Below, piece by piece: positions 61,511-64,000 of a DNA stretch of 64,000 bases. The first letter of the stretch is position 1; every line of letters begins with the position of its first letter. The position numbers were made by a program, and so were the translations under genes. The DNA comes from Octopus sinensis (lineage: Eukaryota), in contig NC_042999.1 in the NCBI RefSeq assembly GCF_006345805.1, positions 123,752,001 through 123,816,000 of the forward strand. Reading direction: 5' to 3'. Below the pieces are notes generated by a model that made no database searches, was not told the DNA's origin, and was given only the letters and a program-made list of their open reading frames with translations.

Positions 61511-63369
61511 TTATCATTCGTGCTCTTGTTATCATTCTTATTGGAATCTTTTTATCCAATTGACTTTCCATGCTGCAAACTAAATTGTTTAAGATAATTA
61601 GCTTAGCTTTATTCATTAGAATTACGTCATTTTTACCATTATTTTTCTTCTTTGACTTCATTTCTTATTGGTCAAATTAATTTCGTAAAAAGAAACGAGA
61701 TTTCTATAATAGTTTGTTTACCTTATTAATTGCAAATCTTTGTAGGACACAATCTCCAGTGGTATATTTTGCACAAATATATGGGTAAATTTTAATCAAA
61801 ATTTGTTAAGAAGTATAGTGGTTTATTTAGAAATAAGCATTTTTAATACCAAAGCTTAATACTACCAATAATTTTTATTGACTTTTGATTGACTTAGTAA
61901 GAAAGTACTATTGTCAATCAATTGATGTTTGCATTTATACAACAAAAATATGAGAAATCAATATACTTTTCAAATTGTTATTCATTGACTTGTTTTGGGT
62001 ATCTTAATACGAACTGTTTAGAGCCACAAAATAAAGTAACAGTAATCCAGGATTAACACAGTTCAACTCAAATTTAAACCATTTTCATAAAAAAAGACAT
62101 CTTCTGACTGTTTTCTCACTAGGTTTAAATTAATTGTGTTTACAAATATGATACATTATATTTCACCGAAATGTTGCTTATGACCCACTTTTTTCTTTCA
62201 TTTTTGCAAATGTATTGTAAGGAAACATTTAGAAGCCATTTGAAAATGCAAATGCAATTTGTTTTCACATACTTTTGCTTTCAAAATTTATCTTCTACAA
62301 CTAAGGATTTTATTAGCAGAAAAAGAAGCAAAGAAAAAAACAAGGAATTATTATAAAATGAAAAACATGTGTGGTCAAGTCAAATTATACTTATATGTCT
62401 AATATAAGTAAGAATATCTCCAACAAAATTCTATGTCTATTTAAATATTTTATATGTATGTGAATCTCAGAAGACAAGACTATTTGGCGCTAGTAAATTG
62501 CAAATTTTAGTAGTTACTTTTAGAAACGAAGCTTAATATTCACCAAGAATATATTTCTGTGAGACTGTCTCAGCTGTAGAAAAGAGAGAATATAATTGAT
62601 AAGTTGCTTTATTTAAAATAGTATATTTCTAATTTCAAAATTCAGTTCATATTTTAGAAGAAAAAAATTGGGAAATGTTGTCAATAAAGTGACACCAATT
62701 TGCTATAATGAGATAAATAAAAATAAAATCATTCTCCAAATTAGCTTTCCTTTCTATAAATCAAATAAATAGCTTGTTATTTTTAGATGGTTGTAGGTGG
62801 AAACTTTAACTTTGGTGTTACATTGAAGATTTTCTAGAAATTTTTACTTTAAACTGAACAAAGCTATGAATATACATGTACAGGCACATGTATTTGGGAT
62901 GTATTTTCAAGTTCTACTAATTATCGATTTAGAACATTATTACCATCCATTTTACATATTTTGTACTATATATAAACATAATTTTTGGTCATTTAAACAT
63001 TTAACATTTTATTTATAAAACATCATTCAAATTTACCTTCAGTATATTTTGTTTGAATATCTATGGTATATCATGTTGGTGCATCAGTATGCATGCATGT
63101 GCATATGTATGTTTTTATGTATGTATATACATATGTATGAATATGCAGGATTTTTCTTTGAGTTTTATTTGAGTTCTTCTTGAGAGGATTCAAGCCAGTC
63201 ACTAATAAAGCTACAAGACTTTTTGAGTTAAGAGAGTTCCCGTTGTTTATAAATATGTGGTTGAGTTAGTGTGTTGGTTGAATTGTCAAGGCATACACCC
63301 AAGTGTGTGCATCTATTTACATAAGAATCTCAGATGGCGGACTTTTGGAATGTCTTACAAATCTGCATA

Positions 63370-63690
63370 TATATGTAAATAACCCCCTTCAGTCATGAAT
63401 GAGCATGGGATTGTGTCTAGAAAGTTCCCTTCCAAGGCACAACTCCAGAAAAGGTTGTTTATGGAAGACCAGCTGTTGCCCATGCATACCAGCCTCCCCT
63501 CTGCCCACTATCGATGTTGTCCAAGGGAAAAGCAAAGGCCAATATAGCTTGGCACCATTTAAGTCACAATTCATTTTCACAGCTGAGTGAACTGGAGCAA
63601 AGTAAAATAAAGTGTCTTGCTCAAGAACACAACACACAGCCTGGTCCAGGAATGAAACTCACTATCTCGTGACTGTGAGCTTCTGTGTGT
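63370..63690 (-). mobile_element. tRNA/CORE-type SINE, different subfamily
   Basis: Minus strand has tRNA-like boxes, then TGTGTTGTGTTCTTGAGCAAGACACTTT (CORE-like). Confidence 0.6.
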
Positions 63691-64000
63691 ATGCTTGTTT
63701 GTATGTATGTAGTGAAATATGTGCATGCTTGGGCTGACATTCGTTATAAGACTGAAAGCGCATAGATGGAGACTGTGTGGAAGCCTGTTGGCTGGACAGG
63801 ATTTTTGAGTGAAAGGTCTAATCTTGTTATACTGTGTTATACTGATTCCTTTTCAAAATATATGATGCATACTTAAACACTTCTACCAAAAGTCCCACTT
63901 GTTGCAGTGTGATGGCTTGTGTACCTCAATGAATCTGAGAGCTATACCAGCAGAGCACAAGCTCCTAATAGAGCTGTCCAAGTTGGACAGTGTGATGGCT

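Overview
AT-rich, microsatellite-rich animal genomic DNA. The SINE/RTE repertoire resembles what I recall from Octopus, but this is inference. Bases 1-14331 are a head-to-tail, same-strand array of L1/Tx1-clade non-LTR retrotransposons. It holds three near-identical copies of a two-ORF element (family A, ~5.25 kb; zinc-knuckle ORF1 plus APE-RT-CCHC ORF2, with ORF2 intact in copy 2) and one 1.9-kb element (B) that encodes only a divergent intact ORF1 but shares A's 3' tail. Every unit is followed by a version of CAACCTGGAGGAAA. This motif is the start of the right flank, which translates as a decayed ORF1 of a third related family (C). The array therefore looks like serial insertion into one site within a sister retrotransposon's ORF1. 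An abundant tRNA/Meta-type SINE in the window carries the same 3' tail, suggesting a three-tier system of autonomous LINE, ORF1-only element and SINE. The other 50 kb is intron-like. It contains two RTE LINEs with a PHD-like finger, RLE (R4/Dong-like) LINE relics, mariner relics, an unclassified DDE transposase relic, many SINEs, fold-back palindromes and microsatellites. It also has a chain of short, phase-compatible + strand exons of an unidentified host gene that the ORF track misses.
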